Of a DNA stretch of 45,233 bases, positions 28,172 to 39,868 are shown piece after piece. Position 1 is the first letter of the stretch. Every line of letters starts with the position of its first letter. Origin of the DNA: an uncultured Mycobacteriaceae bacterium (GTDB lineage Bacteria; Actinomycetota; Actinomycetes; Mycobacteriales; Mycobacteriaceae); contig CAYVJJ010000001.1 of the NCBI GenBank assembly GCA_964451655.1, forward strand, positions 1 to 45,233. Direction: 5' to 3'. The notes beneath the pieces were generated by a model, which saw only the letters and a program-made list of their open reading frames with translations, searched no databases and had not been told where the DNA came from. The position numbers were made by a program, and so were the translations under genes.

Positions 28172-28830
28172 AGGCTGCTGCGACAGAGGCCAGCAGGTCT
28201 GGCAGGCGTGGTCATCCTGCGGCCATGGTGTGAGGCCCATCGCGGTGCCTGCGTTGACAGCAACCGGCGCAGTGCATGTGGGGTCCGGCGGTGCAGCCCG
28301 GCCGCCGTCGCCGGACACGATGCCGCCGTCGCCGGGTGCGATACAGCCTGCATCGGCCGACCGCCGTCGGCGCGAAACCACGAACCGTCCCGTCGATGCG
28401 ATGTGGCCGGCGCGTGGGTCTTCGCGCTGCGCACGAATCTGTAATCCGCCCGCGCCTCTTACATCCGCGCGGACGTTCACCCGGCGTGTCGTCGCAGCCG
28501 GTGCGCGTCTGGAGTGAACCGGAGCGCGAATGACAGTCCGGCGCGCGGACTTCACCTGTCCGGCGCCCTCAGTGCGGATTCGAGGCCGACTTCCGCCGCA
28601 CACGCCGACACCGAGTGCGCAGCGGGGCACGCGGTGCGCGAGCCGACAGCCGACGCGCGGGTCCGGGGGGCTGCCCGGACCCGCGTCGGCTCGATTTTCA
28701 GCAGCTGTCGAGGCTCCCGCACTGACGCCGGAGCTGCGCACGCTGGCAGGTTTGCGGGTGCGGGTCCGTCGGGGCCCGGATACGACCCGCGCCGGCCTCC
28801 CGGACTCCCCGCGCTGCCCTCGGTCAGGGT

Positions 28831-28869
28831 CCCCACTCTTCCCCACCTCCGTCCCCCACTTTCCACCAC
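28831..28869 (-). promoter_or_regulatory. Reverse-oriented MraZ-box-like repeats
   Basis: CCCCAC at 28831 and 28841; CCCCAC at 28854 and CACCAC at 28864 (two pairs with 10-bp period). Confidence 0.6.
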
Positions 28870-29078
28870 TCGCGCCCCGGCCGGCCGATGCCGAGGTGCG
28901 ATGCGGCGCATTTCGGCGGACGGATCACGCAATATGGCGATCTCACCTGGTCGAACGCGGGTGCGTACCAATGTGGAGTCGGGGCGCGACGCGCAGGCCA
29001 GGTCGGCTCCACCACGGCATTTCCTACCTCTTACCTGCGGGTTCATGGAACACGGCGCAGATCTTCCCGCGGTTCAGG

Positions 29079-29110
29079 TTGAAAGTGGGGGGAAGTGGGG
29101 TACTGTGGTG
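29079..29110 (+). promoter_or_regulatory. dcw (mraZ) promoter overlapped by three MraZ direct repeats
   Basis: TTGAAA (29079)-16 nt-TACTGT (29101); GTGGGG/GTGGGG/GTGGTG at 29085, 29095 and 29105. Confidence 0.8.
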
Positions 29111-29217
29111 CAAGCAGGACGTCACAGAGACGTCCGGCAGCCGCTTCCCAACGGCGGACGGGCCGGCCGGAGCCGGAACGGAGGCACTGAGGGAAGCAGT
29201 CGGGCGGGAGGTGTCGG

Positions 29218-29649
29218 ATGTTCTTCGGAACCTTCACACCCAAGCTCGACGACAAGGGTCGGCTGACGCTGCCGGCGAAATTCCGCGACGCACTGGCGGG
29301 AGGTCTGATGGTCACGAAGGGCCAGGACTACAGCCTCGCCGTGTACCCGCGGGACGAGTTCCTCGAGTTGGCCAACCGGGCGGCCTCCGCCTCCCGGACC
29401 AACCCGGAGGCGAGGGCGTTCGTGCGTGCACTCGCTGCGGGAACCGACGAGCAGCGGCCGGACGGCCAAGGGCGCATCACGCTCTCGGCGGACCACCGCC
29501 GTTACGCGAACCTGTCGCGGGAGTGTGTGGTCATCGGCTCGGTGACGTTCCTGGAGATCTGGGACGCCGAGGCGTGGCAGAACTACCTGGAGGCGAACGA
29601 GGAGAACTACTCGCAGGCCCGCGATGAATCGCTCGGCAGCATCTTCTGA
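29218..29649 (+). CDS. mraZ: Transcriptional regulator MraZ
   Basis: [23 protein letters not shown] and DGQGRITL; 143 aa. Confidence 0.97.
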   Translation: MFFGTFTPKLDDKGRLTLPAKFRDALAGGLMVTKGQDYSLAVYPRDEFLELANRAASASRTNPEARAFVRALAAGTDEQRPDGQGRITLSADHRRYANLSRECVVIGSVTFLEIWDAEAWQNYLEANEENYSQARDESLGSIF

Positions 29650-29689
29650 GCGTGGCCTGATCGCACAGCGCGGTCTCGGCGAATGTCAC

Positions 29690-29755
29690 GAGGCCTCCGC
29701 CCGAACGGTCCTGACGTACTTCCCCAACGCCAGGCACGGTCGGCCGGAGACCCCA
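29690..29755 (+). ncRNA. mraW RNA motif (cis-regulatory hairpin)
   Basis: Hairpin CCTGACGT-ACTTCCCCA-ACGCCAGG with CUUCCCC loop (29719-29725), directly upstream of rsmH/mraW; boundaries approximate. Confidence 0.75.
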
Positions 29756-29870
29756 GGACATTCGCCGCTGCGCTTTCCGGGGTGCACGGCGCCCGCGCCG
29801 GGACGGCCGGCGCAGAACCGCACTGACGACACCGACTCGGTGAACCGCACAGCAACATCCTGAGGAAGCA

Positions 29871-30887
29871 GTGGAGACGATTATGACCGGCGGAACCGGC
29901 GGCGCCGCGCCGCACTCCGGATTCGGTCATGTACCGGTGCTGCTGCACAGGTCGGCGGAGCTGCTGGCCCCGGCGATCGACAACGCAGGCCCCGGCGGCG
30001 ACGGAGCCGTCTTCGTGGACTGCACGCTCGGGATGGGCGGCCACAGCGAACACTTCCTCGAGCGCTTCCCGGGACTGCGGGTGCTCGGCCTCGACCGCGA
30101 CCAGCAGGCCATCGCCACCGCGACCCGCCGCCTCGAACGATTCGGCGGGCGGTTCACGGCGGTGCACACCCGTTACGACGGGATCGCCGGCGCCATCGAG
30201 GACGCGGGGATCGCGCCGCGCGGCGGGGTGGATGCGATCCTGTTCGACCTCGGGGTCTCGTCGCTGCAGCTGGACGAGGCGGGCCGCGGCTTCGCCTACG
30301 CCGCCGACGCGCCGCTGGACATGCGGATGGATCCCACGACGGGGATCACCGCAGCGACGGTGGTCAACACCTATCCGGCGGCGGAACTGCGTCGCATCCT
30401 CAGCACCTTCGGAGAGGAGCGGTTCGCCGCGAAGATCGCCGCAGCCGTCGTCCGCCGTCGCGAGGCGGAGCCGTTCGAGACGACGCAGCAGCTGGTCGAG
30501 CTGCTGTACGACGTGATCCCCGCGGCATCCCGGCGCACGGGCGGCCATCCGGCCAAACGCACCTTCCAAGCGCTGCGGATCGAGGTCAACGCGGAACTGG
30601 ACTCGCTGCGCGCCGCGGTCCCCGCCGCGTTGGACGCCCTGGTCGTGGGAGGCCGTGCGGCGTTCATGGCATATCAGTCGTTGGAGGACCGGATCGTCAA
30701 GCGGACTCTGACCGAACGGTCCCGTTCCCGCAGCCCCCAGGACCTGCCGGTGGAGCTTCCGGGCACCGGGCCCGAGTTCCGCCTGGTCACCCGGGGGGCG
30801 GAACGGGCCACAGAAGAAGAGATCACCGAGAATCCGCGGTCGGCGCCGGTGCGGCTGCGGTGTGCCCAACGGATTGCCGGGAGCTGA
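29871..30887 (+). CDS. rsmH: 16S rRNA m4C1402 methyltransferase
   Basis: [33 protein letters not shown] and FQALRIEVN motifs; start 29871 or 29883. Confidence 0.96.
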   Translation: METIMTGGTGGAAPHSGFGHVPVLLHRSAELLAPAIDNAGPGGDGAVFVDCTLGMGGHSEHFLERFPGLRVLGLDRDQQAIATATRRLERFGGRFTAVHTRYDGIAGAIEDAGIAPRGGVDAILFDLGVSSLQLDEAGRGFAYAADAPLDMRMDPTTGITAATVVNTYPAAELRRILSTFGEERFAAKIAAAVVRRREAEPFETTQQLVELLYDVIPAASRRTGGHPAKRTFQALRIEVNAELDSLRAAVPAALDALVVGGRAAFMAYQSLEDRIVKRTLTERSRSRSPQDLPVELPGTGPEFRLVTRGAERATEEEITENPRSAPVRLRCAQRIAGS

Positions 30888-30888
30888 C

Positions 30889-31800
30889 ATGACGAGCACC
30901 ATCACCTCCACGCGCGTGAAGAACCGCTCGGAAACATCGCGACGGGCCCACTCGTCGCGCCCCGCTTCCGGACGGCGCGACGGCAGGCGCACCGGCGGCA
31001 CCTCGGCGGCGTCCCGGCGCGCCTACGACCGCCGACAGCGGCGTACCGGTGCTGCGGCCGGCGGTGTCGGCAACACTGCCTCGGCGCTTCGGCTGGCCGG
31101 TCCGAGGGAACTGGCGCGCCGGATCCCGTTCGTGGTGTTCGTCATGGCCCTGTTCCTCGCAGGCATGGCGATCACCCTGTGGCTGACCACCAGCGCTACC
31201 GCGCGTTCGTATCAGATCGCCGACGCGCAGCAGCAGAACTCCCGGCTCGAGGACCAGAAGGAGTCGTTGGAGAAGGTCGTGCAGGCGGGGAACTCTGCTC
31301 CTGAATTGGCGCGCAAGGCGGCAGAACTGGGGATGGTGCAGTCCGAGGACGTCGCCCGGCTGGTGGTGGCGCCCGACGGATCGGTGACCGTGCACGGGGA
31401 GCCGAAACCCGCCGAGGGGCCGAAGCCGGGCGACCTGGCGCGGGTCCCGGCGGCGGAGGACGCGATCGCTCCGAGCGCGGGTGCCCCGGGCTCCGGCGCC
31501 CCGTCGCCGGACGGTGTGCTGCCGCCCGCCGACGCCGCCCCGGCCCCACCGGCCGATGCCGCCCCGGCTCCTCCCGGGGACGCGAATGTGATGGCCGCCC
31601 CCGCCGACGGCGCTGCGCCGGCGCCGGCCGGGGAGGGGCAGCACGTCGCGGAGCAGCCTCCGGTCGATCCGGCAGCCGCCGACGCCCCGCCGGCGCCCCC
31701 AGCGGATGCGGCGCCGATCGCTCCGGCCGACGCCCCGCCGGCGGACGCGGCGCGCGGAGGCGATGGTCCCGCCGGTGCGCCCTCGGAGGGTGCACACTGA
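30889..31800 (+). CDS. ftsL: FtsL-like cell division protein with Pro/Ala-rich tail (Rv2164c-like)
   Basis: Basic N-terminus, one TM helix, coiled coil, ELARKAAELGM; lies between rsmH and ftsI. Confidence 0.8.
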   Translation: MTSTITSTRVKNRSETSRRAHSSRPASGRRDGRRTGGTSAASRRAYDRRQRRTGAAAGGVGNTASALRLAGPRELARRIPFVVFVMALFLAGMAITLWLTTSATARSYQIADAQQQNSRLEDQKESLEKVVQAGNSAPELARKAAELGMVQSEDVARLVVAPDGSVTVHGEPKPAEGPKPGDLARVPAAEDAIAPSAGAPGSGAPSPDGVLPPADAAPAPPADAAPAPPGDANVMAAPADGAAPAPAGEGQHVAEQPPVDPAAADAPPAPPADAAPIAPADAPPADAARGGDGPAGAPSEGAH

Positions 31801-31957
31801 TCACGCCGGTGACGGCGGCGGGCTTCGGCGTCGGCACTCCGGGACCGCGCAGTCGGCCCGGTGGACAGCCCCGGACGGTCCGGTATCCGGAATCCCCGGG
31901 TGAGAGTGCGCAGGAACCGCACGCAGGAAAGAAGATCAAGGCAGGGGGCCGCAGGCA

Positions 31958-33889
31958 GTGACATCGTCGTCCGGACACCCGCGCGGCCGCGGACGCCCAC
32001 GGCAGCCCGGCCGCCCGGGGCCTGCACGGCCGCGTCCGGCCGGACGGGCCCCGGGGCCGCGCGGTGGGCGGACGGCACGGGGCGCCGCCTCCTGGAGCTT
32101 CGGCAGGCGCACGCGCATCGCGGCGGGGATCATGACGATCATGCTGCTGGCGGTGGTGGGCAAGCTCATGTGGGTGCAGGTGGTCCGCGCACCGGAGCTG
32201 TCGGCGCAGTCCGCGAGTCAGCGCACCCTGACCGTGAAGCTGCCGGCGAAGCGCGGCGACATCCTCGACGCCGCCGGCGACCCCCTCGCTTACACGGTCG
32301 ATGCCCGGGCGCTGACCTTTCAGCCGAAGCGGGTGCGGCAGGAGCTGACCGAGGCGCACCAGAAGGACCCGCAGGCGCCCACCGTGGACGAGTACGTCGA
32401 CAAAGCGATCGCGAAGATCACCTCCGAACTGGGCGACGAAGTCGATGCGCGGGAGCTGCGCACCGAGATGCAGTCGGACAAGGAGTTCGTGTACCTGGCC
32501 CGGCAGGTCGATCCGCGCAAGGCCATGGAGATCACCGATGAGTTCGCCAAGATCGGCAGCGATCCCGACGACATCCGCGAGTATCCGGGCGGGGCGCTCG
32601 CCGCGAACATCATCGGCGCCACCCGTTGGGACGGCAGCGGCCTGATCGGCCTGGAGTCGTCGATGCAGTCGGTGCTGGCGGGCACAGCAGGCTCGAAGAC
32701 CTACGACCGCGGCTCGGGAGGCGACGTGATCCCGGGGAGCGTCCGCGACGTGCACCCGGCGCAGGACGGGTCCAACGTGCAGCTCACCGTGGATTCGGAC
32801 CTGCAGTACTTCGTGCAGAACGCGGTGCAGAAGGCCAAGGACGCCTCAGGTGCCCAGAACGTCTCGGCCGTGGTCCTCGATGCAGACACGGCCCACGTGC
32901 TGGCGATGGCCAACGACAACACGTTCGACCCCTCCATCGGGGTGGGGGACCCGGCCAACGACCATGCGGAGCTGGGCAACATCTCGGTGACGACACCGTT
33001 CGAGCCCGGGTCGGTGAACAAGATCATCACGGCGTCCGCCTCCATCGAGACCGGCGTCACCACACCCGACGAAGTCCTGCAGGTTCCCGGATCGATCACG
33101 ATGGACGGGGTCACCGTCGCGGATGCCTGGCCGCACGGCGTCGCGCCCTTTACGACCACGGGCATCTTCGGGAAATCCTCCAACGTGGGCACGTTGATGC
33201 TGGCCAAGCGGGTCGGCCAGGAGCGGTTCGCCGATTACGTCAAGAAATTCGGGTTGGGCCAGCGCACGGGTGTGGGATTGCCCGGCGAGAGCGGTGGAAG
33301 CGTGCCGCCCCATGACCAGTGGACCGCCGGAACGTTCGCCAACCTGCCCATCGGCCAGGGGCTGTCGATGACGTTGCTGCAGATGGCGGACATGTACCAG
33401 ACCATCGCAAACGACGGGGTCCGCGTGCCGCCGCGCATTGTGAAGAAGATCATCGGGCCGGACGGCAAGGTGACCGTCCCCGATGCGCCGGAGCCTGTCC
33501 GGGTCGTCAGCCCCGAGACCGCCCGCACGGTGCGGGACATGTTCCGCGGTGTCGTCCAGGAGGACGACGGCAACCAGCAAGGGACCGGGCCCGCCGCCGC
33601 GATCGAGGGCTATCAGGTCTCGGGCAAGACGGGCACCGCTCAGCAGATCGACCCGGATTGCGGCTGCTACTCCAACTCGAATTACTGGATCACCTTCGCA
33701 GGGATGGCGCCCACCCAGGATCCGCGTTTCGTGGTCGCGGTGATGATGGACCAGCCCAAGCGCAGCGCCGACGGGTCCGGCGGCATGTCCGCGGCGCCGC
33801 TGTTCCACGACATCGGCTCGTGGCTGCTGCAGCGCGAACAAGTGCCGCTGTCGCCGCCGGCACCGAGGCTGGTCCTGCAAGCGGGGTGA
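31958..33889 (+). CDS. ftsI: Class B penicillin-binding protein FtsI/PBP3
   Basis: RGDILD, SVNK (SxxK), SSN (SxN) and KTGTAQ motifs. Confidence 0.95.
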   Translation: MTSSSGHPRGRGRPRQPGRPGPARPRPAGRAPGPRGGRTARGAASWSFGRRTRIAAGIMTIMLLAVVGKLMWVQVVRAPELSAQSASQRTLTVKLPAKRGDILDAAGDPLAYTVDARALTFQPKRVRQELTEAHQKDPQAPTVDEYVDKAIAKITSELGDEVDARELRTEMQSDKEFVYLARQVDPRKAMEITDEFAKIGSDPDDIREYPGGALAANIIGATRWDGSGLIGLESSMQSVLAGTAGSKTYDRGSGGDVIPGSVRDVHPAQDGSNVQLTVDSDLQYFVQNAVQKAKDASGAQNVSAVVLDADTAHVLAMANDNTFDPSIGVGDPANDHAELGNISVTTPFEPGSVNKIITASASIETGVTTPDEVLQVPGSITMDGVTVADAWPHGVAPFTTTGIFGKSSNVGTLMLAKRVGQERFADYVKKFGLGQRTGVGLPGESGGSVPPHDQWTAGTFANLPIGQGLSMTLLQMADMYQTIANDGVRVPPRIVKKIIGPDGKVTVPDAPEPVRVVSPETARTVRDMFRGVVQEDDGNQQGTGPAAAIEGYQVSGKTGTAQQIDPDCGCYSNSNYWITFAGMAPTQDPRFVVAVMMDQPKRSADGSGGMSAAPLFHDIGSWLLQREQVPLSPPAPRLVLQAG

Positions 33890-34072
33890 TCCGTGTGCGG
33901 CGGTGGTCGCCGGAGCACGTCAGGTCACATCCCGGTGACGAGCGGTGCGGCGTGCTCAGGGCCGCAGGGCGGTGCCGGTAATCTGAGGCGTCGTGAACGC
34001 GGCGGCATCGACGGCGGGCCGCGCGCGAATGCGAACGCACGTGAACGTGACACGGAAGGGAGGCCGTCCTCA

Positions 34073-35788
34073 GTGGCAGACGGTCAGCACTCGGGACGCC
34101 TGCGTCCTGCCCACCCGCCGCGCACGCCCCTGGCCGAGGTGTGGGCGGCCGCGGGCCTCGACGCGTCGGCGGCACGCTCCGTCGGCGGCGGCGACGCCGG
34201 CGACGCAGCCGACCTGGTGGTCACAGGCGTGGGGCTGCGTGCACAGGACCTCGCGCAGGGCGACCTGTTCGCCGCGCTGCCCGGCAGCCGTAGGCATGGT
34301 GCTGAATTCGCGGCGGAGGCGATCGGCCGGGGGGCCGTCGCCGTCTTCACCGACGAGGAGGGCGCGCAGATCATCGGCCGCTCCGTCGGTGCGGAGTCCC
34401 GGGTCCCGTTGATCGTCCACGACGACCCGCGCGCGGTACTGGGGGAGGTTTCGGCGACCGTGTACGGCCGCCCGTCACGGTCGGTGGAGCTCATCGGCAT
34501 CACCGGCACCGCGGGCAAGACCACCACGTCGTATCTCGTGGAGGCCGGGCTGATGGCGGCCGGGCACCGCGTGGGCCTGATCGGCACGGTGGAGACCCGG
34601 ATCGACGGGGCGCCCGCACCGAGCGCGCTGACGACGCCGGAGGCCCCGGACCTGCAGGCGCTGCTGGCCGTGATGGCCGAACGCGGCGTGGACACCGTCG
34701 TGATGGAGGTGTCGAGCCACGCCCTGGCCCTGGGGCGCGTCGACGGGTGCGACTTCGCGGTGGCCGGATTCACCAACCTGTCCCAGGACCACCTGGACTT
34801 CCACCGGGACATGGACGACTACTTCACGGCGAAGGCCCGGTTGTTCTCGCCGGGATCGGGCGTCCGGGCCGCCGCGGCGGCGGTGTGCGTCGACGACCGG
34901 TGGGGGCGCGCGATGGCGGAGCTCGCGCGCGCCGAGCCGGCGATGCCGACTTCCACGGTCGCGATAGCGGAGGCCCCGGACACCGGGGAGGGGACGGATC
35001 GCGACGTCGACGGCCCGTCGGGTGCTGCGGCGGACTGGCATGCGGGACCGTCGGAGGTCGACGGCACCGGCGTGCAGCACTTCACCGTCCGCGGGCCGTC
35101 GGGCGACGAGCACCCCGTCACCGTGCCGCTGCCGGGCCGATTCAACGCTGCCAATGCTCTGCTGGCCCTGGCGGTCCTCGACGCGGCGGGGATCGCCGCG
35201 GAGGTCGCCGCCCGCGGGCTGGCCGAGGTGGCGGTGCCCGGGCGCCTGGAGCGCGTGGACCGAGGGCAGCCGTTCCTGGCCGTGGTCGACTATGCGCACA
35301 AGCCGGGTGCACTCGAAGCCGTGATCGACACCTTGCGGGCGCAGACACCGGGCCGCCTCGCCGTAGTGGTGGGTGCGGGCGGCGACCGGGACGCGAAGAA
35401 GCGCCCTCTCATGGGTGCCGTCGCGGCGCGGGGTGCGGAACTGGTAGTGATCACCGATGACAACCCGCGCACTGAGGATCCGGGGGCGATCCGGGCGGCG
35501 TTGCTGAAGGGTGCGCGGGGTGCCCCGTCCGGCGACGGGCGGCGGATCATCGAAGTGGGCGACCGCGCGGCGGCGATCGACTCGGCGATCGCCTGGGCAC
35601 GGCCCGGCGACACGGTGCTGGTGGCCGGCAAGGGCCACGAGTCCGGGCAGCAGGTCGGCCGGGTCACCCACCCCTTCGACGATCGCGATGTCGTCGCGGC
35701 CGCGATCGGGCGGCATGCCGCGCCCGCGAGCCGGACGGAGGCGGACCAGGGGACGGAGACGATGGCGGAGAACGAGGGCGACGAGTGA
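34073..35788 (+). CDS. murE: UDP-MurNAc-Ala-Glu--meso-DAP ligase
   Basis: [25 protein letters not shown] (DAP specificity) and AGKGHE motifs; GGGAGG RBS before GTG 34073. Confidence 0.95.
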   Translation: MADGQHSGRLRPAHPPRTPLAEVWAAAGLDASAARSVGGGDAGDAADLVVTGVGLRAQDLAQGDLFAALPGSRRHGAEFAAEAIGRGAVAVFTDEEGAQIIGRSVGAESRVPLIVHDDPRAVLGEVSATVYGRPSRSVELIGITGTAGKTTTSYLVEAGLMAAGHRVGLIGTVETRIDGAPAPSALTTPEAPDLQALLAVMAERGVDTVVMEVSSHALALGRVDGCDFAVAGFTNLSQDHLDFHRDMDDYFTAKARLFSPGSGVRAAAAAVCVDDRWGRAMAELARAEPAMPTSTVAIAEAPDTGEGTDRDVDGPSGAAADWHAGPSEVDGTGVQHFTVRGPSGDEHPVTVPLPGRFNAANALLALAVLDAAGIAAEVAARGLAEVAVPGRLERVDRGQPFLAVVDYAHKPGALEAVIDTLRAQTPGRLAVVVGAGGDRDAKKRPLMGAVAARGAELVVITDDNPRTEDPGAIRAALLKGARGAPSGDGRRIIEVGDRAAAIDSAIAWARPGDTVLVAGKGHESGQQVGRVTHPFDDRDVVAAAIGRHAAPASRTEADQGTETMAENEGDE

Positions 35789-37305
35789 TTCCGATGACGT
35801 TGGCGCAGATCGCCGACACAGTGGGCGGGCGGCTGGCCGACGTGCCGGACCCCGGGGTTCCGGTGACGGGAGCCGTGGAGTTCGACTCGCGCAAGGTCAC
35901 CCGCGGCGGGCTGTTCCTGGCGCTCAAAGGGGCGCGGTCGGACGGTCACGAGTTCGCCGCCGCGGCGATCGACGCGGGGGCCGTCGCCGTCCTCGGGGCG
36001 CGCCCGGTGGGCGTGCCGGCCGTCGTGGTGGACCCCCGGCCGGACCTCGTCGTGGCCGGTGCTGCGGCCTTCGACAACGACGAGGACGGTTCCGCGGCCG
36101 CCGTGCTGGAGGCCCTCGCAGCGCTCGCCCGCCGCAGCGTCACCGCGTTGTCGGCCGACAGGTTGGACGTCGTCGGGGTCACCGGCTCGTCGGGGAAGAC
36201 CTCGACGAAGGACCTCATCGCCGCCGTGCTGCGCCCGCTCGGGCCCGTGGTGGCGCCCCCCGGCTCGTTCAACAACGAACTGGGCCACCCGTGGACGGCG
36301 CTGCAAGCCGACGAGAAGACGCGGTCGCTGGTGCTCGAGCTGTCCGCACGGGGAGTCGGACACATCCGCAGGCTCGCGGAGATCGCTCCACTCCGCATCG
36401 GGGTGGTCCTCAATGTCGGCACCGCCCATCTGGGCGAGTTCGGCTCACGCGAGGCGATCGCCCGGGCCAAGGGCGAACTCGTGGAGGCCCTGCCCTCCGC
36501 CGCGGAAGGCGGCGTGGCGGTGCTGAACGCGGACGATACGCGCGTAGCGGCGATGGCCGAGCGCACTGCGGCGCGTGTGGTCACGGTGGGGCGGTCGTCC
36601 ACAGCCGACGTCCGCGCTGCCGATGTGAGCCTGGACGGAGAGGCGCGGGCGCGCTTCACTCTCGAATGCGCGGGCGGCTCCGTGCCGGTGGCGCTGGCGG
36701 TGCACGGCGACCACCAGGTGGGCAACGCCCTGGCCGCGGCCGCGGTGGCGCTCGAATGCGGTGCGACCCTCGAACAGGTCGCGGCGGCCCTGGGCGGCGC
36801 GGCGGCATCCTCGGCGCGACGGATGGACGTGCGCACCCGCGGTGACGCGGTGACCGTGATCAACGACTCCTACAATGCCAACCCGGACTCCGTCCGCGCC
36901 GGCCTGCGGGCCCTCGCGGCGATGGCGCGCAGCGCACCCGCGCACGGCGTGCCGATGCCGCAACGGGGCAAGCGCCGCACCTGGGCGGTGCTCGGTGAGA
37001 TGGCAGAACTCGGCGACGACGCGATCGTCGAGCACGATGCGATCGGCCGCGCAGCGGTGCGCTTCGACGTCTCGAAGATCGTCGCCGTGGGCGGGACCCG
37101 CACCATGGAGGCACTGCACAAAGGTGCCGTCATGGAGGGCTCGTGGGGCGATGAGGCGATGGTGGTTCCGGATGCGGAGTCGGCGCTCGCCGTACTGCGT
37201 GCGGAGGTGGAGCCCGGTGACATCGTGCTGGTGAAGGCCTCGCAGGCCGTCGGATTGTGGTCGGTCGCGGAGGCGCTGCTGGCCGAGGAGGGGGAGCCCC
37301 GGTGA
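35785..37305 (+). CDS. murF: UDP-MurNAc-tripeptide--D-Ala-D-Ala ligase
   Basis: [19 protein letters not shown] and DSYNANP motifs; GTGA overlap with murE. Confidence 0.95.
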   Translation: MIPMTLAQIADTVGGRLADVPDPGVPVTGAVEFDSRKVTRGGLFLALKGARSDGHEFAAAAIDAGAVAVLGARPVGVPAVVVDPRPDLVVAGAAAFDNDEDGSAAAVLEALAALARRSVTALSADRLDVVGVTGSSGKTSTKDLIAAVLRPLGPVVAPPGSFNNELGHPWTALQADEKTRSLVLELSARGVGHIRRLAEIAPLRIGVVLNVGTAHLGEFGSREAIARAKGELVEALPSAAEGGVAVLNADDTRVAAMAERTAARVVTVGRSSTADVRAADVSLDGEARARFTLECAGGSVPVALAVHGDHQVGNALAAAAVALECGATLEQVAAALGGAAASSARRMDVRTRGDAVTVINDSYNANPDSVRAGLRALAAMARSAPAHGVPMPQRGKRRTWAVLGEMAELGDDAIVEHDAIGRAAVRFDVSKIVAVGGTRTMEALHKGAVMEGSWGDEAMVVPDAESALAVLRAEVEPGDIVLVKASQAVGLWSVAEALLAEEGEPR

Positions 37306-38372
37306 GACTGATCATGATCTCGGGCGGTATCGCGCTGCTCGTGGCCATCCTGCTCACGCCCGTGCTGATCAAGGTGTTCTCGCGGCAGGGGTTCGGTCAG
37401 GAGATCCGCGTCGAGGGCCCGGAGAGCCACCGGGCCAAGCGCGGCACCCCCACCATGGGCGGTGTCGCGATCATCGTCGGCATGTGGGCCGGTTACTGGG
37501 GCGCGCACGCCGTGGGGGTCGGACTCAATGCGGAGGGGCCGTCAGCGTCGGGGCTCCTCGTGCTGGGCCTTGCCACCGTGCTCGGCATCGTCGGGTTCCT
37601 CGACGATTTCCTCAAGGTCCGCAAGCAACGCAACCTGGGATTGAACAAGACGGCGAAGACCGTGGGGCAGCTCGTCGCCGCCGTGATCTTCGCCGTGCTG
37701 GTGCTGCGCTGGGTGTACACCGAGGGCGACGCGGCGCTGTCGTACGTGCGCGACATCGACACGGTCACGATGAACGGCATCGTGTTCGTCATCTTCTGTC
37801 TCGTGCTGGTCAGCGCCTGGTCCAATGCGGTCAACTTCACGGACGGGCTCGACGGTCTGGCCGCCGGCGCCATGGCGATGGTGCTGGGCGCCTACGTCAT
37901 CATCACGTTCTGGCAGTACCGCAACGCCTGTTCACGCACCGACGCGGCCGTGGGCTGCTACCACGTGGACCAGCCGCTGGACCTGGCGCTGATCGCCGTG
38001 GCGGCGGGCGCCGCGTGCCTCGGATTCCTGTGGTGGAATGCGGCGCCGGCGAAGATCTTCATGGGGGACACCGGGTCGCTGGCACTCGGCGGGCTGGTCG
38101 CGGGCCTGTCGGTGACCACCAAGACCGAACTGCTCGCGGTGGTGCTCGGCGCCTTGTTCGTCGCCGAGGCCGCTTCGGTGGTCGTGCAGATCGCCGTGTT
38201 CCGCACCAGCGGACGCAGGATGTTCCGCATGGCACCGTTCCACCACCACTTCGAGATGGGCGGCTGGCCGGAGACGACGGTGATCATCCGCTTCTGGCTG
38301 CTCGCCGGCATAGCGAGCGCGATCGGGCTGGGGCTGTTCTACGGTGAATACCTCACGGCGGTCGGTTCGTGA
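37302..38372 (+). CDS. mraY: Phospho-MurNAc-pentapeptide transferase
   Basis: [29 protein letters not shown] and APFHHHFE motifs. Confidence 0.96.
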   Translation: MRLIMISGGIALLVAILLTPVLIKVFSRQGFGQEIRVEGPESHRAKRGTPTMGGVAIIVGMWAGYWGAHAVGVGLNAEGPSASGLLVLGLATVLGIVGFLDDFLKVRKQRNLGLNKTAKTVGQLVAAVIFAVLVLRWVYTEGDAALSYVRDIDTVTMNGIVFVIFCLVLVSAWSNAVNFTDGLDGLAAGAMAMVLGAYVIITFWQYRNACSRTDAAVGCYHVDQPLDLALIAVAAGAACLGFLWWNAAPAKIFMGDTGSLALGGLVAGLSVTTKTELLAVVLGALFVAEAASVVVQIAVFRTSGRRMFRMAPFHHHFEMGGWPETTVIIRFWLLAGIASAIGLGLFYGEYLTAVGS

Positions 38373-39868
38373 CGGCGCCCGCGCACAGTGCCGGGGGCCC
38401 GGCCGATCCGCGCGCCCTCGCGGGAACGTCCGTGCTGGTGGCGGGGGCAGGGGTCGCGGGCTCCTCGGCCGCCCGCGCACTGCTGGACCTCGGTGCGTCG
38501 GTGACCATGGTCGACGACGGCCGTGACGGCGACGGGGCGATCGGCACCACCGAGGCGGCCGAGGGCATTGCCGGTCATTCCCTGGTGGTGATGAGCCCGG
38601 GCTGGCGCCCCGCGAACGCGCTGGCACAGGCCGCTGCCCGTGCGGGTGTCCCCGTATGGGGCGATGTGGAGCTCGCCTGGCGGTGCGACCGTGCGGGGGT
38701 GTACGGGTCCCCGCGGCGGTGGCTGGCGGTGACCGGCACCAACGGCAAGACCACCACCACCTCGATGCTGCACTCGATCCTGCAGGCGGCGGGGAGGTCG
38801 TCCTCGGCGTGCGGCAACATCGGCCTGCCCGTGCTCGATGCGCTTGCCGCGGAGCGCCGCCCCGACGTGCTCGCGGTGGAACTGTCGTCGTTCCAGCTGC
38901 ACTGGGCGCCGTCGGTGGTGCCGGAGGCCGCGACCGTACTCAACGTCGCGGAGGACCATTTGGATTGGCACGGCGGGATGGACGCCTACACGCGTGCCAA
39001 GGCGCAGGTCCTGCGCGGCCGCGTCGGCGTGTTGGGGCTGGACGATCCGGGGGCCGCCGGGCTGGCGGGTCTGTCGGCTGCGGACCGGACGGTCGGCTTC
39101 CGTCTGGGCGACCCCGCCCCGGGTGAGCTGGGCGTGCATGCCGGGATGCTCACCGACCGCGCGTTCGCGGATGGGCAGGGGGCCGCGCTGATCGCCGCCG
39201 ACAGGATCGTGCCCGGCGGGGCCGCGGGCATGCTCGATGCTCTTGCCGCGTCGGCGCTGGCCCGCGCGGCGGGGGTGACGCCGGAGGCGATCGCCGCGGG
39301 GCTCGGCGCCCACACCGTGGGACCGCACCGGGCGTCGACGGTCGCGACCGTCGGCGGGGTGGTGTATGTCGATGACTCGAAGGCCACCAACCCGCATGCG
39401 GCGCTGGCCTCGATCGCGGGGCGGGACCGTGTCGTATGGATCGCCGGCGGCCTCCTCAAGGGCGCTTCGGTGGACGACCTGGTGGCGGCCGTCGCGCCGC
39501 GGCTCGGCGCTGCCGTGCTGATCGGGCGTGACCGCGGTGTCCTGGCCGAGGCGCTGGCGCGACACGCGCCGGAAGTCCCCGTCACCGAGGTGGTGACGCG
39601 GGAGGATGGCAGCGTGATGTGTTCGAGCAGGCCCGTGCCTACCGGGGCCGAGGAGGCTGATCCTCGCGCCGCCACGGCGGACGAGGCGGCCGGTGTGAAT
39701 GCTTCCGACGTGATGGACACCGTCGTCGGCGCGGCCGCCCGTTACGCGCGCCCGGGGGACACGGTCCTCCTGGCGCCGGCCGCCGCATCTATGGACATGT
39801 TCCGCGATTACGCCCAGCGCGGCGACCGGTTCGCCGCAGCCGTCACGCGTCTGCGCGAGGGCAGGTGA
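38369..39868 (+). CDS. murD: UDP-MurNAc-L-Ala--D-Glu ligase
   Basis: [23 protein letters not shown] and DDSKATN motifs. Confidence 0.95.
   Translation: MTAPAHSAGGPADPRALAGTSVLVAGAGVAGSSAARALLDLGASVTMVDDGRDGDGAIGTTEAAEGIAGHSLVVMSPGWRPANALAQAAARAGVPVWGDVELAWRCDRAGVYGSPRRWLAVTGTNGKTTTTSMLHSILQAAGRSSSACGNIGLPVLDALAAERRPDVLAVELSSFQLHWAPSVVPEAATVLNVAEDHLDWHGGMDAYTRAKAQVLRGRVGVLGLDDPGAAGLAGLSAADRTVGFRLGDPAPGELGVHAGMLTDRAFADGQGAALIAADRIVPGGAAGMLDALAASALARAAGVTPEAIAAGLGAHTVGPHRASTVATVGGVVYVDDSKATNPHAALASIAGRDRVVWIAGGLLKGASVDDLVAAVAPRLGAAVLIGRDRGVLAEALARHAPEVPVTEVVTREDGSVMCSSRPVPTGAEEADPRAATADEAAGVNASDVMDTVVGAAARYARPGDTVLLAPAAASMDMFRDYAQRGDRFAAAVTRLREGR

Noticed and set aside
28514-29627. ORFs of 250 and 365 aa upstream of and overlapping mraZ
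   Set aside because: No recognisable domain or RBS; they run through the MraZ boxes, the promoter and mraZ itself.
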